Positions 1 through 12,147 of a stretch of DNA of 64,000 bases are shown one piece after another; the first letter of the stretch is position 1, and every line of letters starts with the position of its first letter. Position numbers and translations under genes: made by a program. The DNA comes from Verrucomicrobiota bacterium (GTDB lineage: Bacteria; Verrucomicrobiota; Verrucomicrobiia; Limisphaerales; AAA164-E04). The stretch lies in the NCBI GenBank assembly GCA_047947115.1, contig CP170459.1, positions 5,760,001-5,824,000 on the forward strand. The letters are read 5' to 3'. The notes under the pieces are model-generated. The model worked only from the letters and a program-made list of their open reading frames with translations, searched no databases and was not told the origin of the DNA.

Positions 1-549
1 AAGGCACTGATACGAGCAGGCATGTGGCTTGATGAACAGGATTCAAGTGGAGTTTACAAAAACCGTCATGAAGCTGCGCGCATACTCTCACGTCCGGAAT
101 ATGTCGGTGCGGATTATGCCGTCATTAAGAACAGCATGACGGGATACTTCTATTTCCAATCCACAGACAAACGCCCCATGCCGGACTTCAACGTCTTCTT
201 CAATCATCACGCGAGTTACCCATGGTACAGCGACTGTGTATGGTTCCTCACCCAGATGCGACGTTGGGGCCAAATTCCACAATCCAAATCAGCAAGTTGG
301 TATCACGAGACGGCAAAAAAAATCTACCGCCCGGATATCTACATGGCTGCAGCAAAACACTTGATGGAGGAGGACTACATGAAAAAGGAACAACTTCCCG
401 CCATCGACGAAGATGATACCTGGGCAGGGTATCGTCCCCCCACGAACGATTTCATTGATGGCAATCATTACGATGCCCGCAAACCCATCGAATACATCAA
501 CAGCTTCAAAATCGGCATCAAGGAAGAAATCCAATTGAGCAAGCAGTAA
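1..549 (+). CDS. nrtA: Nitrate ABC transporter substrate-binding protein (NrtA/CmpA family), 5' truncated by window
   Basis: Frame open from base 1; NrtA-like C-terminal motifs ([31 protein letters not shown]); directly upstream of permease and two ATPases. Confidence 0.85.
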   Translation, partial: KALIRAGMWLDEQDSSGVYKNRHEAARILSRPEYVGADYAVIKNSMTGYFYFQSTDKRPMPDFNVFFNHHASYPWYSDCVWFLTQMRRWGQIPQSKSASWYHETAKKIYRPDIYMAAAKHLMEEDYMKKEQLPAIDEDDTWAGYRPPTNDFIDGNHYDARKPIEYINSFKIGIKEEIQLSKQ

Positions 550-632
550 CGCATTCAACTGCACAAGGCCAGCTACCCGAACTTGGACAAAAAATTACCA
601 GAGCACACACACGCAAAAACCAACAAGAATTC

Positions 633-2243
633 ATGAAAGACGAAGCATTTTATCGTTGGATCACGTTCCTGAAAAAAATCCGTTTCGGGTGGCTGGCCCC
701 TTTTTTCCTCCTGCTAAAAGGAGAAGACGCCAAAACACAATGCAAAGCCATATTCAGCGGAGTCATGATGCCCATTTTTTCCATTCTGCTATTCCTGTGG
801 ATATGGGATCTTGCCTCAAAAGAGATTGTCACCAAATTCGGTACCGTCCCGGGACCACGACAGGTTTGGTCCGCCTGGAAATCTCTCGGCAATGAAACAA
901 GACTCGAACGGATCAAGGCATTGGAACACCAGCATCGTGCCAGAGAAAAAAGAATTGTCAGCGCGAAAAAATACAAAGAGGTTTTGAATGATTTTCCGGG
1001 AGAAATGCCAACAGGATTGCTCTCGCCCGGAACAGAAGACGCTCTGTCTACCTCCTCGGACGCCTTCCAGCAGGCAAACGAACTGCTCGAGGTGTACAAC
1101 AAGATTTCCATCACCCTTTCAAAGGAAGAAGCCCAATCAGTTGCCGCTTTATTCCAGTACGAAACCAGCAGACAATACGCCGAAAAGGTGATCCAACAAG
1201 CACTGCCTCTAGAAATTCGCCACAGGGAAAGAGTGGAGGCATTGAGAATGGCTCCTGAATGGAATCCTTCTCCCGATGATCCCGACAAGGTGGTCGAATC
1301 AAAGTCGGCCTTGAAAAAATCGGAATCTAAAAAACTGGCCAGAGAAAAAGCTATTCTTCTGATCGAAAGACAAAGGTACGCCACCGAAGCAACGAAAGCC
1401 GCATACGCTTTGATCACTTCGCTGCCCAAGAGTGTTCGAACACTGCTGGCACAAAGCGACAAATCCGCATCCAAACTCTACCCGGAACTCAAGGCCTGGC
1501 ATGAAAATCTGCTGGCAGAAGAAGCGGCCACAGGTGTCAAATACGCGGGAAAGGTGAAACTTAAAATGCTTCTCAAAGCATTCGAATACAAACCCTATCC
1601 GGGCAAAGACACCTATTTCGCGCAAATAGCCACGAGCCTGAAAACGGTGTTTTTCGGATTCTGCATTGCTTCATTGATTGCCATCCCCATCGGCATCATC
1701 TGTGGTTTGAGCCCCAACATGAACAATGCCATCAACCCACTGATTCAAATCTTCAAACCCGTTTCTCCTCTGGCCTGGCTGCCCATCGTGATGATCCTGG
1801 TCGGAGCACTGTATGTTTCGGATGATCCCATGTTTGAATTGTCTTTCTTGAATTCGGCGATCACCGTCGCTCTCTGTTCGCTTTGGCCGACTTTGGTCAA
1901 CACTTCCCTGGGAGTGTCCTCGACCGATAAAGATATCATGAACGTGGCCAAGGTCCTGAAATTGGGATGGTACAAGAAAGTCACCAAGGTCATCATCCCC
2001 TCCGCCATGCCCCTCATTTTCACCGGACTTCGATTATCTCTGGGAGTGGGCTGGATGGTACTGATCGCAGCTGAGATGTTGGCACAAAACCCTGGACTGG
2101 GAAAGTTTGTTTGGGACATGTTCCAAAACGGATCCAGTGAGACACTGTCCATGATCATGGTCGCCGTCTTCACGATTGGCATCATTGGATTCATGCTCGA
2201 TACCATCATGCTGAGCCTGCAGGAACTGGTCAGCTTTGATTAA
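633..2243 (+). CDS. nrtB: Nitrate ABC transporter permease with large extra loop
   Basis: NrtB core motifs [47 protein letters not shown]. Confidence 0.9.
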   Translation: MKDEAFYRWITFLKKIRFGWLAPFFLLLKGEDAKTQCKAIFSGVMMPIFSILLFLWIWDLASKEIVTKFGTVPGPRQVWSAWKSLGNETRLERIKALEHQHRAREKRIVSAKKYKEVLNDFPGEMPTGLLSPGTEDALSTSSDAFQQANELLEVYNKISITLSKEEAQSVAALFQYETSRQYAEKVIQQALPLEIRHRERVEALRMAPEWNPSPDDPDKVVESKSALKKSESKKLAREKAILLIERQRYATEATKAAYALITSLPKSVRTLLAQSDKSASKLYPELKAWHENLLAEEAATGVKYAGKVKLKMLLKAFEYKPYPGKDTYFAQIATSLKTVFFGFCIASLIAIPIGIICGLSPNMNNAINPLIQIFKPVSPLAWLPIVMILVGALYVSDDPMFELSFLNSAITVALCSLWPTLVNTSLGVSSTDKDIMNVAKVLKLGWYKKVTKVIIPSAMPLIFTGLRLSLGVGWMVLIAAEMLAQNPGLGKFVWDMFQNGSSETLSMIMVAVFTIGIIGFMLDTIMLSLQELVSFD

Positions 2244-2262
2244 TCCACATGGGGCCAAAAAC

Positions 2263-3186
2263 ATGAAACCTCTCATTTCACTTGAAGGCGTGTCGAAAAG
2301 TTTCGGCTCTGGTCAACAAAAAACAAATGTCCTGAGCAACATTCAGCTCGAGATCAAGGAAGGTGAATTTGTCGCCATTGTCGGATATTCCGGCTCGGGT
2401 AAAACCACGTTGATCTCCATTTTGGCCGGGCTGATCCATCCCGACAAAGGAGTGGCAATGTATCGCGAGCACCCCATCAGGGAACCCGATCCCGGACGCG
2501 CCTTGGTTTTCCAAAACTATTCACTGCTGCCTTGGCTGAGTGTATGGGACAACCTCGCCCTGGCGGTGAATCAGGTCTTCCCCCATTGGTCCACATCAAA
2601 ACGCGAAGAACACATGAACCATTACCTCGACATGGTTCGATTGACACCGGCCAAACGCAAAAGACCGTCGGAACTTTCAGGTGGCATGCGACAAAGGGTG
2701 GCACTGGCACGCGCCCTGGCCATAGATCCGGAAGTATTGTTGTTGGACGAACCACTGGGAGCCCTGGATGCTTTGACCCGTGGAAATCTTCAAGAGGAAA
2801 TTGCAAGGATCTGGTCTGAAAACAAAAAGACGGTGGTTCTGATCACCAACGATGTGGATGAAGGCATTCTACTGGCAGATCGGGTCATCCCTCTGACTCG
2901 AGGACCGGAAGCCACACTGGGGCAACCCATCCATATCAATCTCCCCAGACCTCGCAACCGCAAGGAACTCAATCATGACGCATCTTTTAAAGATTTCCGC
3001 AAACGAATCATCGAGTCCCTGATGCACGAAGGACGTCAACCATCTACCACCACGGTGCGAAGGACGTTCGTTCTTCCCAACATTCTACCGGAAGACCTGA
3101 ACGCACCGGGCACGTTCCGGTTCGGCAGAAGATCACCGGTGCGTCATGAGGAATTCAAACAGGAACCCCTGGAAATAGAAATATGA
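2263..3186 (+). CDS. nrtC: Nitrate ABC transporter ATP-binding protein
   Basis: Walker [33 protein letters not shown]; in-frame ATG at 2263 preferred over 2236. Confidence 0.85.
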   Translation: MKPLISLEGVSKSFGSGQQKTNVLSNIQLEIKEGEFVAIVGYSGSGKTTLISILAGLIHPDKGVAMYREHPIREPDPGRALVFQNYSLLPWLSVWDNLALAVNQVFPHWSTSKREEHMNHYLDMVRLTPAKRKRPSELSGGMRQRVALARALAIDPEVLLLDEPLGALDALTRGNLQEEIARIWSENKKTVVLITNDVDEGILLADRVIPLTRGPEATLGQPIHINLPRPRNRKELNHDASFKDFRKRIIESLMHEGRQPSTTTVRRTFVLPNILPEDLNAPGTFRFGRRSPVRHEEFKQEPLEIEI

Positions 3187-4115
3187 ATCCTTTCTGTATC
3201 TTATCACAACTCACCAAAAGCTATCCTACCCCAAAAGGGGATGCGGTCATCGTCAAGGATTTCAATCTCAAAATCAAAAAGGGGGAATTTGTTACCTTGA
3301 TTGGTCATTCAGGTTGCGGGAAATCCACCGTCCTGTCGATGCTGGCGGGACTCAATCCCATCACATCCGGTGGCATCATCCTCGCCGGCAAGGAACTGAG
3401 CGGTCCCGGCCCGGATCGCGGTGTGGTGTTTCAATCCCCCAGCTTGCTACCCTGGCTGAGCGCACTGGACAATGTCCTTTTGGGTGTCAATCAAGCTTTC
3501 TATACCGCCAGCCGGCTCGAACGCAAACAAATCGCCGAATACTACCTCGCCATCGTCGGCCTGGCGAATGCCATGCATAAAAAACCCGCAGAACTCTCAC
3601 AAGGCATGTGCCAGCGCGTCGGTATCGCCCGCGCATTTGCATTGTCTCCACGCATGTTGCTGCTGGATGAACCTTTTGGCATGCTCGACGCTTTAACACG
3701 CTTTGAATTGCAGGAAATACTACTGCGACTCTGGTCCAAAAACCAGATCACCGCCCTCATGGTCACACATGATGTGGATGAGGCGCTGTTTCTCTCTGAT
3801 CGAATCGTCATGATGACAAACGGACCGGAAGCCGAGGTCGGGGACATCCTTCCTGTCCATTTTGAACGACCGAGGGACCGCGCTGGCATTCTTGCCCATC
3901 CCGATTACTATGATATGAGAGAGTACCTCATCACCTACTTGAGTGATCGTTCCCACATCAAGGGACAATACAAAGCCTCTGTGGAAAACCAGGGATTTGA
4001 TTTCGCAGCTTTAAAGGATCAAGACGAAAAGTGCACCCCACTCGTCATGGAAGGAAAACACATCGCGGAAAGACGCAACCGTCCCGTGCTGGAGGATACA
4101 ACCAAACTGAACTGA
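3183..4115 (+). CDS. nrtD: Nitrate ABC transporter ATP-binding protein
   Basis: [36 protein letters not shown] overlap with previous gene. Confidence 0.85.
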   Translation: MNPFCILSQLTKSYPTPKGDAVIVKDFNLKIKKGEFVTLIGHSGCGKSTVLSMLAGLNPITSGGIILAGKELSGPGPDRGVVFQSPSLLPWLSALDNVLLGVNQAFYTASRLERKQIAEYYLAIVGLANAMHKKPAELSQGMCQRVGIARAFALSPRMLLLDEPFGMLDALTRFELQEILLRLWSKNQITALMVTHDVDEALFLSDRIVMMTNGPEAEVGDILPVHFERPRDRAGILAHPDYYDMREYLITYLSDRSHIKGQYKASVENQGFDFAALKDQDEKCTPLVMEGKHIAERRNRPVLEDTTKLN

Positions 4116-4152
4116 TCAACTCTCCGCCCCTCCCGATAGATACGTCACCTAC

Positions 4153-5742
4153 ATGGAGCAGCCCCACACATTGATTGATCTGAACAGGGCCAACGATGCA
4201 TCAGCTGTCGAGATTTTCGCCCGCCAGCAAGATGCCGCCTCCCAATGGTCAAGGGACAAGACGACTGGCACCTACCGCTCATTGATTCCAACCCAGTTAC
4301 CGGCTCCCGGGGAGCAATATGCTTTTGAGGTTAATCTGGATAAGTGCTCGGCCTGCAAATCCTGTGTCAGCGCATGCCACCACATGAATGGATTAAGTGA
4401 TGAGGAATCATGGAGAAGAGTCCATCAATGGTTCGGAGAAAATCAGGGTGAGCAATGGGTACAGACCGTCACCAGTGCATGCCATCACTGTGTGAATCCT
4501 GAATGCATGCATGGATGCCCCGTCGGCGCCTATGAAAAACACCCCATCACCGGCATCGTAAAGCACCTCGACGACCAATGCATAGGGTGCGAGTATTGCA
4601 TCTGGAAGTGCCCTTACGAAGTGCCGCGCTACCACGAGTCCTACGGCATCGTGCGCAAGTGCGACATGTGTTCGGAAAGATTGAGCAACCAGTTGGAGCC
4701 GGCCTGCGTGCAAGCCTGCCCTCATGACGCCATACAAATTAAAATCGCAGATCAGGAAAAACTGACACACAACGCCAAACCGAGGATGTCAGGTAAAAGA
4801 CTTTACCCCGGGGCACCCGATTCTTCCATCACTACCCCGTCTTCCACCTATTATTCCAAAAGGTCACTTCGAAAAACCCGATGGAGCAAAGCCGATTCCC
4901 ATCCTCCACAAAATAAACCCCACTGGCCATTGGTATGGATGTTGATTCTGACCCAATGGGGTGTGGGAATACTTACCTCGCATTTCATCCGGACTGCCGC
5001 ATCAGAAAGCATTCAAACCCCTCTTTATGGAACAGCTTTTTGGATGGGTACTTTGCTCATTTTTACTGGACTGCTGTGCAGCTTTTTCCACCTGGGACAA
5101 CCAACCAAGTCCTGGCGCTTTTTCCTTGGCCTGAAAACTTCCTGGTTAAGCAGGGAAATTTTGATGTTCAACACGTTGGCAGCCTGTCTGTGCATCGCAT
5201 CTCTGGATGCATTGGTGAACATCATTCCGGTTCATTTCAAAACATCAATCGCGATCACTATTGTCCTGTGCGGGTGGTTGAGTGTGTTCACTTCGGCAAT
5301 GATTTACCACGACACTCAGCGCCCGGAATGGTCGATCCATCGAACCGGATCACAATTCATGGAGTCCCTATTATCGGGAGTACTTGCCTGCAGCTTTATC
5401 GCCTCCTTCATCAACAACAATACCAACTCCAAACTGCCGCTCTATACCACGTTTGTGATCACGCTATTCATGTTACTCACCAAATCCATCAAGATAACCT
5501 CCACGAGAAATGCTGCCAATCATCAAGGATCTCATCGTTTGAAGGGAGTTTTGATCGGTTCGGCAATGCTCCTGTTTGTCTTTGCCGTGGGAACCATCCA
5601 TCAGATGCCTTGGTTAACAGGGACTGCCGCAGGGCTCTCAACAGGATGTTTGTTCCTGCTGGATCTGGTTGGCAGACGAGATTTTTTTCTTCAAACCAAA
5701 TCACCCATGACGAAACCCCTTGAAGAAGGAAACAACTCATGA
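4153..5742 (+). CDS. 4Fe-4S dicluster protein fused to DmsC-like membrane anchor (DmsB-DmsC fusion)
   Basis: [51 protein letters not shown]; hydrophobic C-half with HLGQP and SWLSREI DmsC-type motifs. Confidence 0.85.
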   Translation: MEQPHTLIDLNRANDASAVEIFARQQDAASQWSRDKTTGTYRSLIPTQLPAPGEQYAFEVNLDKCSACKSCVSACHHMNGLSDEESWRRVHQWFGENQGEQWVQTVTSACHHCVNPECMHGCPVGAYEKHPITGIVKHLDDQCIGCEYCIWKCPYEVPRYHESYGIVRKCDMCSERLSNQLEPACVQACPHDAIQIKIADQEKLTHNAKPRMSGKRLYPGAPDSSITTPSSTYYSKRSLRKTRWSKADSHPPQNKPHWPLVWMLILTQWGVGILTSHFIRTAASESIQTPLYGTAFWMGTLLIFTGLLCSFFHLGQPTKSWRFFLGLKTSWLSREILMFNTLAACLCIASLDALVNIIPVHFKTSIAITIVLCGWLSVFTSAMIYHDTQRPEWSIHRTGSQFMESLLSGVLACSFIASFINNNTNSKLPLYTTFVITLFMLLTKSIKITSTRNAANHQGSHRLKGVLIGSAMLLFVFAVGTIHQMPWLTGTAAGLSTGCLFLLDLVGRRDFFLQTKSPMTKPLEEGNNS

Positions 5743-7949
5743 AACTTCCCCCATTTCTGGAGCGTGTCTTTAAAAGCAAATCGGGGCGATTAACGGATAA
5801 ATTGCGGCTGAAACAGAATCGGCAACTTGGTTTGATCCCCGCCCGATACGATTCGAACAACATCCAGAAGTCCATCTGCGGTTACTGTTCCACCGGCTGC
5901 CAACTCGACATCCACACGAAATCAAGCAGACCGGTTTTACTCACTCCGGACACAAACCATCCAGTCAACCTTGGAATGGCGTGCCCCAAGGGCTGGGAAG
6001 CTTTGGAACCTTTGAATGCACCCGATCGAGGTCGCGTGCCTCTCATACGTGATGTCGATCACACCTTTAGGCAAGCAGAATGGCCGGAGGCATTGGATTA
6101 CTTTTGTCAACGTTTCAAAGAAATACAAAATCAACATGGCAACGAATCAGTTGCATTTCTGGGTACAGGACAAATAACGAATGAAGAGCTGGCTTTAATG
6201 GGAGCACTTGCCAAGTTTGGCATGGGATGGGTGCATGGCGACGGGAACACCCGCCAATGCATGGCTTCTGCAGTAACGGCTTATAAGGAATCCTTTGGAT
6301 TTGATGCCCCTCCCTATACCTACGCGGACCTGGAGCTATCGGACACTCTTATTTTCATCGGAGCAAACCCCTGTATCGCCCATCCCATTTTATGGCATCG
6401 AGTCATGCGTAATCCGCATCGTCCAAAAATAATCGTGATTGATCCACGCGCCACGGAGACAACGGCAGCTGCAACCACACACCTGGCCATACGCCCGAAA
6501 TCTGATCTGACTTTGTTGTATGCCATAGCCAGTATCCTGATTCAGAATGACTGGATCGACCACTCCTACATTGACCAGCACACCGAGTTATTCGATGCAT
6601 TTGCGAGGTTTGTGAAGAGCTATTCCATTGATCGAGCAGTTGATGCAACCGGGTTGCCGGCATCCTCTGTCATGGAACTTGCAAGCAAAATTCACGAAGG
6701 AAAGGCGGTTTCATTCTGGTGGACCATGGGAGTCAACCAAAGTTACCAGGGAACGCGCACCGCCCAGGCGATCATCAATCTTGCCTTGATGACCGGCAAT
6801 ATCGGCCGACCAGGAACGGGGGCCAATTCCATCACGGGTCAATGCAATGCCATGGGCTCACGATTATTCAGCAATACAACCTCGCTGTTTTGCGGGCGGG
6901 ATTTTGAGAACCCCGCTGATCGTGAGGACATCGGAAACCGGCTCAATATCCCCGTAGATCGCATCCCCAATAAGAAAAGTCTCCCCTACCACGAGATCAT
7001 GAAAGGGATTGAAAAGGGGGCCATCAAAGGACTGTGGATCGTCGCCACCAATCCCGGGCATTCCTGGATTGATCAATCCAGCTGGTTCAAAAGTATTCGA
7101 TCCAAGCTGGAATTCCTTGTGGTGCAGGATATGTATGAATCCACAGAAACGGCACAAGAAGCAGACCTCTTTCTACCGGCGGCGGGATGGGGTGAGAAAT
7201 CAGGCACCTTCATCAATTCAGAGCGCAGGTTTGGTGTGATTGAAAAAGTGCAAGATCCGGTCGGCGAAGCACGCAGTGACTTCGACATATTTAAAGACAT
7301 CGCCGATCACTGGGGTTGTGGTGAACTGTTTGAACATTGGAAAACGCCCGAGGACGTGTTCCAAATCCTGAAAACGCTTTCCATGCATACTCCCTGCGAT
7401 TTTTCAGGCATCAAGGATTACTCGATGCTGCAGAAGAACGGAGGCATCCAGTGGCCCCACATCCAAAACCAGCAAAATGGTGATCTGCCGGAAAAGGAGC
7501 GCAGGTTATTTGAAGATGGCCGTTTCCATCACCCTAACGGAAGGGCCCACTTTGTCTTTGAAGAAACCACCCCCAATCCTGAATCAGTTTGCCCGAATTT
7601 TCCGGTGTGGCTTCTGACAGGAAGGGGCACATCGGCACAATGGCATACGCAAACACGCACTGCAAAATCCAAGATGCTCAGACAAATGGCCCCAGGGAGT
7701 GTTTATGTAGACTTACATCCGGCGGATGCGCGCGAACTCGGAATAAAAACGAATGACTTGGTTGTGATCCGTTCAAGACGCGGATCGTTGGAAGCCCATG
7801 CCCGGGTTCAAGCAAGTGTCCAGCAAGGTCAAATCTTTATCTCAATGCATTACCCTGAGGTCAACCAACTGACTCATCCTTCGTTTGACCCCTATTCTCA
7901 TCAACCTTCCTACAAGGCATGCGCTGTAAGCCTGTCAAAAAGAACATGA
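5739..7949 (+). CDS. Molybdopterin nitrate reductase catalytic subunit (NasA/NarB-like)
   Basis: CGYCSTGC...CPKG Fe-S motif, NTRQCMASA Mo-ligand segment, [18 protein letters not shown], molydopterin-binding C-terminus; no Tat signal seen. Confidence 0.9.
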   Translation: MKLPPFLERVFKSKSGRLTDKLRLKQNRQLGLIPARYDSNNIQKSICGYCSTGCQLDIHTKSSRPVLLTPDTNHPVNLGMACPKGWEALEPLNAPDRGRVPLIRDVDHTFRQAEWPEALDYFCQRFKEIQNQHGNESVAFLGTGQITNEELALMGALAKFGMGWVHGDGNTRQCMASAVTAYKESFGFDAPPYTYADLELSDTLIFIGANPCIAHPILWHRVMRNPHRPKIIVIDPRATETTAAATTHLAIRPKSDLTLLYAIASILIQNDWIDHSYIDQHTELFDAFARFVKSYSIDRAVDATGLPASSVMELASKIHEGKAVSFWWTMGVNQSYQGTRTAQAIINLALMTGNIGRPGTGANSITGQCNAMGSRLFSNTTSLFCGRDFENPADREDIGNRLNIPVDRIPNKKSLPYHEIMKGIEKGAIKGLWIVATNPGHSWIDQSSWFKSIRSKLEFLVVQDMYESTETAQEADLFLPAAGWGEKSGTFINSERRFGVIEKVQDPVGEARSDFDIFKDIADHWGCGELFEHWKTPEDVFQILKTLSMHTPCDFSGIKDYSMLQKNGGIQWPHIQNQQNGDLPEKERRLFEDGRFHHPNGRAHFVFEETTPNPESVCPNFPVWLLTGRGTSAQWHTQTRTAKSKMLRQMAPGSVYVDLHPADARELGIKTNDLVVIRSRRGSLEAHARVQASVQQGQIFISMHYPEVNQLTHPSFDPYSHQPSYKACAVSLSKRT

Positions 7950-9748
7950 CAACACCCCCCCTTAAATCTCAATCCACCGGAAGCATTCCCTATATTCCAG
8001 CCCAAGCCCCCTTTTCACCCGAACAAAGGGCATGGCTGAACGGATACCTCGCGGGAATGTTTTCCAGAGCCATTCAAGACGGTCCTCAAGTTCAGCAGCC
8101 TGCATCAGAGCCGACACCCGGTGCAACCATCCATATCCTTTATGGAAGCCAAAGCGGAACGGCGGAAGGAATCGCAAAAGACCTTGCAAAACAGGCGAAG
8201 GTAAAAGGTTTTGAATCCGTTTTACTTGAACTCAATGACCATCAAAAAATGGATCGTGCTCAGGAACAAACGGCCTTGATCGTTACCAGCACATGGGGAG
8301 ATGGCGAACCACCGGACAATGCGGTCAAGTTCTGGAAAGACATCCAATCATCGGATGGAAGTGATTGGAAAAATGTATCTTATTCAGTGCTCGCTCTGGG
8401 TGACAGCAATTACGCCGAGTTCTGTGGGGCGGGGAAATGTTTTGACGAGCGTTTGCATGAATTGGGGGCCAAACGTCTACATGAACGCGTAGACTGCGAC
8501 GTGGATGAGGAAACGGCCGCACAAGAATGGACGCGGCGCATTTGGGAAATTCTTGAAGCCATACCCAGCGCAGCCCATTCGAACCCGGATGACCAAACAG
8601 CTGCCTCAGCAACAGTGCGAACAGCAAGCTCAACCAGCAAGCAACCAAAGGACAAAACCAAATATCATCGGAAACATCCGTTTCAAGCACGACTCATCCT
8701 TCAAAAAAAATTGAACCTTCCCGGTTCCGCCAAAGACACCCGGCATGTGGAAATCAGCTTGGACGGATCGGGTCTACAGTATCAGGCGGGAGACGCTCTC
8801 GGCATCTATCCGTCCAACGACCCTGATTTGGTGGAAGCACTTTTAGAACATTGCCAATTGAGCCATGGAGCAGAGGTTCAATCCAAGGACGGAAAACGAA
8901 AACCGATAAAGGAGGCCCTTACCTCGGATTGCCAAATCACAAAAATCAGCCAACGGTTAGTGACAGAACTTGAAAGTTTAAAAGGATTCCCCCCCTTGAG
9001 TGCCGCCTTCAAGTTGCGCGAAGGGATGGATTTATTGGATGTGATTCCTCTGGGAGCTGAATTGGATAAACAGGCTTTCGTGGATCTGCTGCCCAGGTTG
9101 CAACCTAGACTTTACTCGATTGCCAGCAGTCCACTGGTTCATCCCGATGCTGTTCACCTAACAGTCGGAGTTGTCCGATATGAAATGAATGAACGCATGC
9201 GTCATGGTATTTGTTCCACGTTTCTTGCGGATCGTTTATCTCCTTCCGACAAGATGCCGGTCTTTATTCATCCTTCTGCCTTCAAACTTCCAGAACAAAC
9301 AGATCAATCCATCATCATGGTTGGCCCCGGAACCGGAATCGCACCATTCAGAGGATTCCTTCAGGAGCGAAAGATCAACGGTGGATCAGGAAAGAACTGG
9401 CTGTTCTTTGGCGATCAAAAAGCATCCACCGATTTTCTCTATCAGGAGGAATTGAAAGCATTTCAATCCGAAGGCGTGCTCCATCGATTCCATACAGCTT
9501 TCTCGAGAGATCAGGTCCAGAAAGTCTATGTCCAGGACCGTATGAAAGAGCAGGCTTCCGAACTGTGGAAATGGATAGAAGGAGGCGCGGCATTTTATGT
9601 GTGTGGAGATGCCAGACGGATGGCAAAAGACGTTGATCAGACACTCTTCGAGATCATCATGAAGGAGGGAGGGATGTCAAGGGACCAAGCCTCCGCCTAC
9701 GTGGAACAAATGAAAAAGGAGAAACGGTATCAGCGCGATGTATATTGA
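7946..9748 (+). CDS. CysJ-like NADPH-dependent diflavin reductase (flavodoxin + FAD/NADPH domains)
   Basis: [53 protein letters not shown] 7946 overlaps upstream stop. Confidence 0.9.
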   Translation: MTTPPLKSQSTGSIPYIPAQAPFSPEQRAWLNGYLAGMFSRAIQDGPQVQQPASEPTPGATIHILYGSQSGTAEGIAKDLAKQAKVKGFESVLLELNDHQKMDRAQEQTALIVTSTWGDGEPPDNAVKFWKDIQSSDGSDWKNVSYSVLALGDSNYAEFCGAGKCFDERLHELGAKRLHERVDCDVDEETAAQEWTRRIWEILEAIPSAAHSNPDDQTAASATVRTASSTSKQPKDKTKYHRKHPFQARLILQKKLNLPGSAKDTRHVEISLDGSGLQYQAGDALGIYPSNDPDLVEALLEHCQLSHGAEVQSKDGKRKPIKEALTSDCQITKISQRLVTELESLKGFPPLSAAFKLREGMDLLDVIPLGAELDKQAFVDLLPRLQPRLYSIASSPLVHPDAVHLTVGVVRYEMNERMRHGICSTFLADRLSPSDKMPVFIHPSAFKLPEQTDQSIIMVGPGTGIAPFRGFLQERKINGGSGKNWLFFGDQKASTDFLYQEELKAFQSEGVLHRFHTAFSRDQVQKVYVQDRMKEQASELWKWIEGGAAFYVCGDARRMAKDVDQTLFEIIMKEGGMSRDQASAYVEQMKKEKRYQRDVY

Positions 9749-9785
9749 TCCACCACTCCATGCACTCGTTCAAAACAACCACCCT

Positions 9786-11555
9786 ATGAAACCTATCTTC
9801 GAAAAAATTGCAGGAACTGACATCAACGCAGAACAAACTTCCTATCTCGACGGTTTTTTTAACGGACTGGCACAACAGGGCGTCCGCTTTACCGACATGG
9901 AACCGGACCCGACCGTGTCACATGCTGCTTCACAGGATACCGACTCATTCTGCAAAGAAGAAAAGCTGAAACACAAAACCGACCTCAACAAAACCTACCA
10001 ACTGGTCGATAAGGTTTCATCATCCGTAACCGATCCGGATCCTGAAGAAACTTTCCTCTTGAAATGGCATGGTCTTTTTCACCTCGCCCCCAAACAGGAC
10101 GGATTCATGTGTCGTTTAAGGATACCCGGAGGATATGTTCGAGATTATCAACTGCGTGAACTGGCTCACATTTCGCGGGACAGAACTACCGGGTACATCC
10201 AACTGACCACAAGAGCCAATTTCCAGCTGCGTGTTATCCCGTTAAAACATGCTTCAGAAGTCCTGCAGCGGATACAATCCGTCGGTTTGCATTCCAAAGG
10301 TGCCGGAGCTGATAATGTGCGAAACATCACAGCATCTCCATGCGCCGGTCTTGATCCGCTGGAATTGATCGATGTCAAACCCATCTGCCAGCAACTGGCC
10401 CAACTTATCATCAATACGGACGAATTTTACAATCTTCCCAGAAAATTCAACATTGCATTGGATGGAGGGGGCGCTGTCGGCCTTGTCGAAGACACCAATG
10501 ATATCGGAGCCAAAGCAGTCCGCATCGAGGATTCCATCGCAGGCGTTCCACCGGGAGTTTACTTCCTGATCGCCCTTGGAGGCGTGACGGGTCACAAGAC
10601 CTTTGCCAATGACGCGGGAATTCTCATTTCAAAAGACGAACTTGTGGAAGTCATCCTCAACATGGTCCGTGTGTTTATTGAAAACGGAAACCGATCTTCC
10701 AGAAAGAAAGCACGTCTCAAATACCTCCTGGAGGACTGGGGATTTGAAAGATTCCTCGCCGAAGTAGACACCAAACAATCTAAACCGTTGACGCGCCTGA
10801 CTAGGGAGAACATGGAACAAATCAAATCCTGGAATCCACCCCGCGAATCAACATCCACGCACCCACAATTGGGTATCCATCCACAAAAACAAAAGGATCT
10901 CAACTATGTGGGAGTCGGGATTCCGACGGGAGTCCTAACCCCGGATCAGTTGGAAAGCCTGGCCACACTATGCGGGAAGTATGGAAACGGTGAAGCCAGG
11001 CTAACCGTCTGGCAAAATCTCATCATTCCCAATGTGGCATCCGATCAACTCGAACCCCTGAAAAAGGAAATTCTGGATTTGGGACTCTATGTCGATGCTT
11101 CCCCCATTCGAAGCGGTGTCATCGCCTGTACCGGAAACGCATACTGCAAATTTGCAGGAGCAAACACCAAGGCGCACGCCAAACTGCTGATGGATCACCT
11201 CGAAAGATCGTGTGGATTGGATCAGCCCATCAATATTCACATCACAGGATGCCCCCACTCCTGCGCACAGCATTACATTGGAGACATAGGTTTGCTGGCC
11301 ACACAGGTGAAGAGCGGTGACAAGGTGGAAGAAGGTTATCATGTTTTTGTTGGAGGTGGATTTGGTGAACACCGGGAGATTGGTCGGCAAATTGCCAAAG
11401 CAGTCAATATGGAATCACTTCCAGGCATGCTTGAGGCACTCTTCAACGAATACCTTGCTTCCCGGTGGCCAAACGAAAGCTTCCAGGAATTCACTTTGAG
11501 ACATCCGGTTGAGGCACTTCAGTCCTTCTTGGGCGATCCCAAGATTCATCCGTGA
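9786..11555 (+). CDS. nirA: Siroheme nitrite reductase (NirA family)
   Basis: RLRIPGG, TTRANFQ, DNVRN, LPRKFN, ACTGNAYC and TGCPHSCAQH siroheme/4Fe-4S cysteines; nitrate operon context. Confidence 0.85.
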   Translation: MKPIFEKIAGTDINAEQTSYLDGFFNGLAQQGVRFTDMEPDPTVSHAASQDTDSFCKEEKLKHKTDLNKTYQLVDKVSSSVTDPDPEETFLLKWHGLFHLAPKQDGFMCRLRIPGGYVRDYQLRELAHISRDRTTGYIQLTTRANFQLRVIPLKHASEVLQRIQSVGLHSKGAGADNVRNITASPCAGLDPLELIDVKPICQQLAQLIINTDEFYNLPRKFNIALDGGGAVGLVEDTNDIGAKAVRIEDSIAGVPPGVYFLIALGGVTGHKTFANDAGILISKDELVEVILNMVRVFIENGNRSSRKKARLKYLLEDWGFERFLAEVDTKQSKPLTRLTRENMEQIKSWNPPRESTSTHPQLGIHPQKQKDLNYVGVGIPTGVLTPDQLESLATLCGKYGNGEARLTVWQNLIIPNVASDQLEPLKKEILDLGLYVDASPIRSGVIACTGNAYCKFAGANTKAHAKLLMDHLERSCGLDQPINIHITGCPHSCAQHYIGDIGLLATQVKSGDKVEEGYHVFVGGGFGEHREIGRQIAKAVNMESLPGMLEALFNEYLASRWPNESFQEFTLRHPVEALQSFLGDPKIHP

Positions 11556-11604
11556 TTCAATCATTGTTCCGTTACTCCAACAGCCGATCTCCAGCAATTC
11601 GCTC

Positions 11605-11639
11605 ACCGGATCCTGATCTACCAGGCTCCGGTTTTTTTT
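11605..11639 (+). terminator. Rho-independent terminator of the nitrate operon
   Basis: ACCGGATCCTG-loop-CAGGCTCCGGT hairpin followed by T run. Confidence 0.75.
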
Positions 11640-11646
11640 ATTTTAA

Positions 11647-11662
11647 AACTAATTAATTAGTT
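11647..11662. promoter_or_regulatory. Perfect 16-bp palindrome, candidate BlaI-family operator
   Basis: AACTAATTAATTAGTT about 90 bp upstream of the blaI-like start. Confidence 0.5.
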
Positions 11663-11749
11663 AACACTCCACCGGACTGCTGGCACGTTAACTCCATCAA
11701 TTAATTCTTTAGTACTTAGACAACTCAACGTAGAAGCTATCCGTCCATC

Positions 11750-12147
11750 ATGGCCAGACCCAAGTCCAACACCCTTACTGATTCCGAACACCGCATTATG
11801 GAGGTCCTGTGGGACCAGGGTGAGTCGACGGTTGCGGATGTGGCGGACACCCTGGAGGGGAAACCCGGTTCCGCCTACAACACGGTCCTGACCATGATGC
11901 GCATTCTCCATGAAAAAGGATATTTGAAATGCCGCAAAGAGGGACGTGCTCATTTTTACAAACCTATCGTCAATCGCCATACCGCCGCAAGACATGCCGT
12001 TAAGCAATTGCTTGGAAAATTTTCAACGACTCTCCGAGTCAATTGGTGTTGAGTTTTCTGAAAGATGAAGATCTGAGCAAAGAAGATTTGAATGAATTGA
12101 CCAAGCGCATCAAAGCCTCGCCGGATCAACCCAGGAAAAAGTCATGA
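11750..12147 (+). pseudogene. BlaI/MecI/CopY family repressor, frameshifted at ~12020-12023
   Basis: LTDSEHRIMEVLW, AYNTVLTMMRILHEKGY, EGRAHFY; adding one T restores FFNDSPSQLVLSFLKDEDLSKEDLNEL...KKS ending at TGA 12145-12147, overlapping the next ATG. Confidence 0.8.

Noticed and set aside
4935..5723. 262-aa alternative-frame ORF inside the DmsC-like region
   Set aside because: Main frame keeps DmsC motifs and hydrophobicity; no sign of a frameshift
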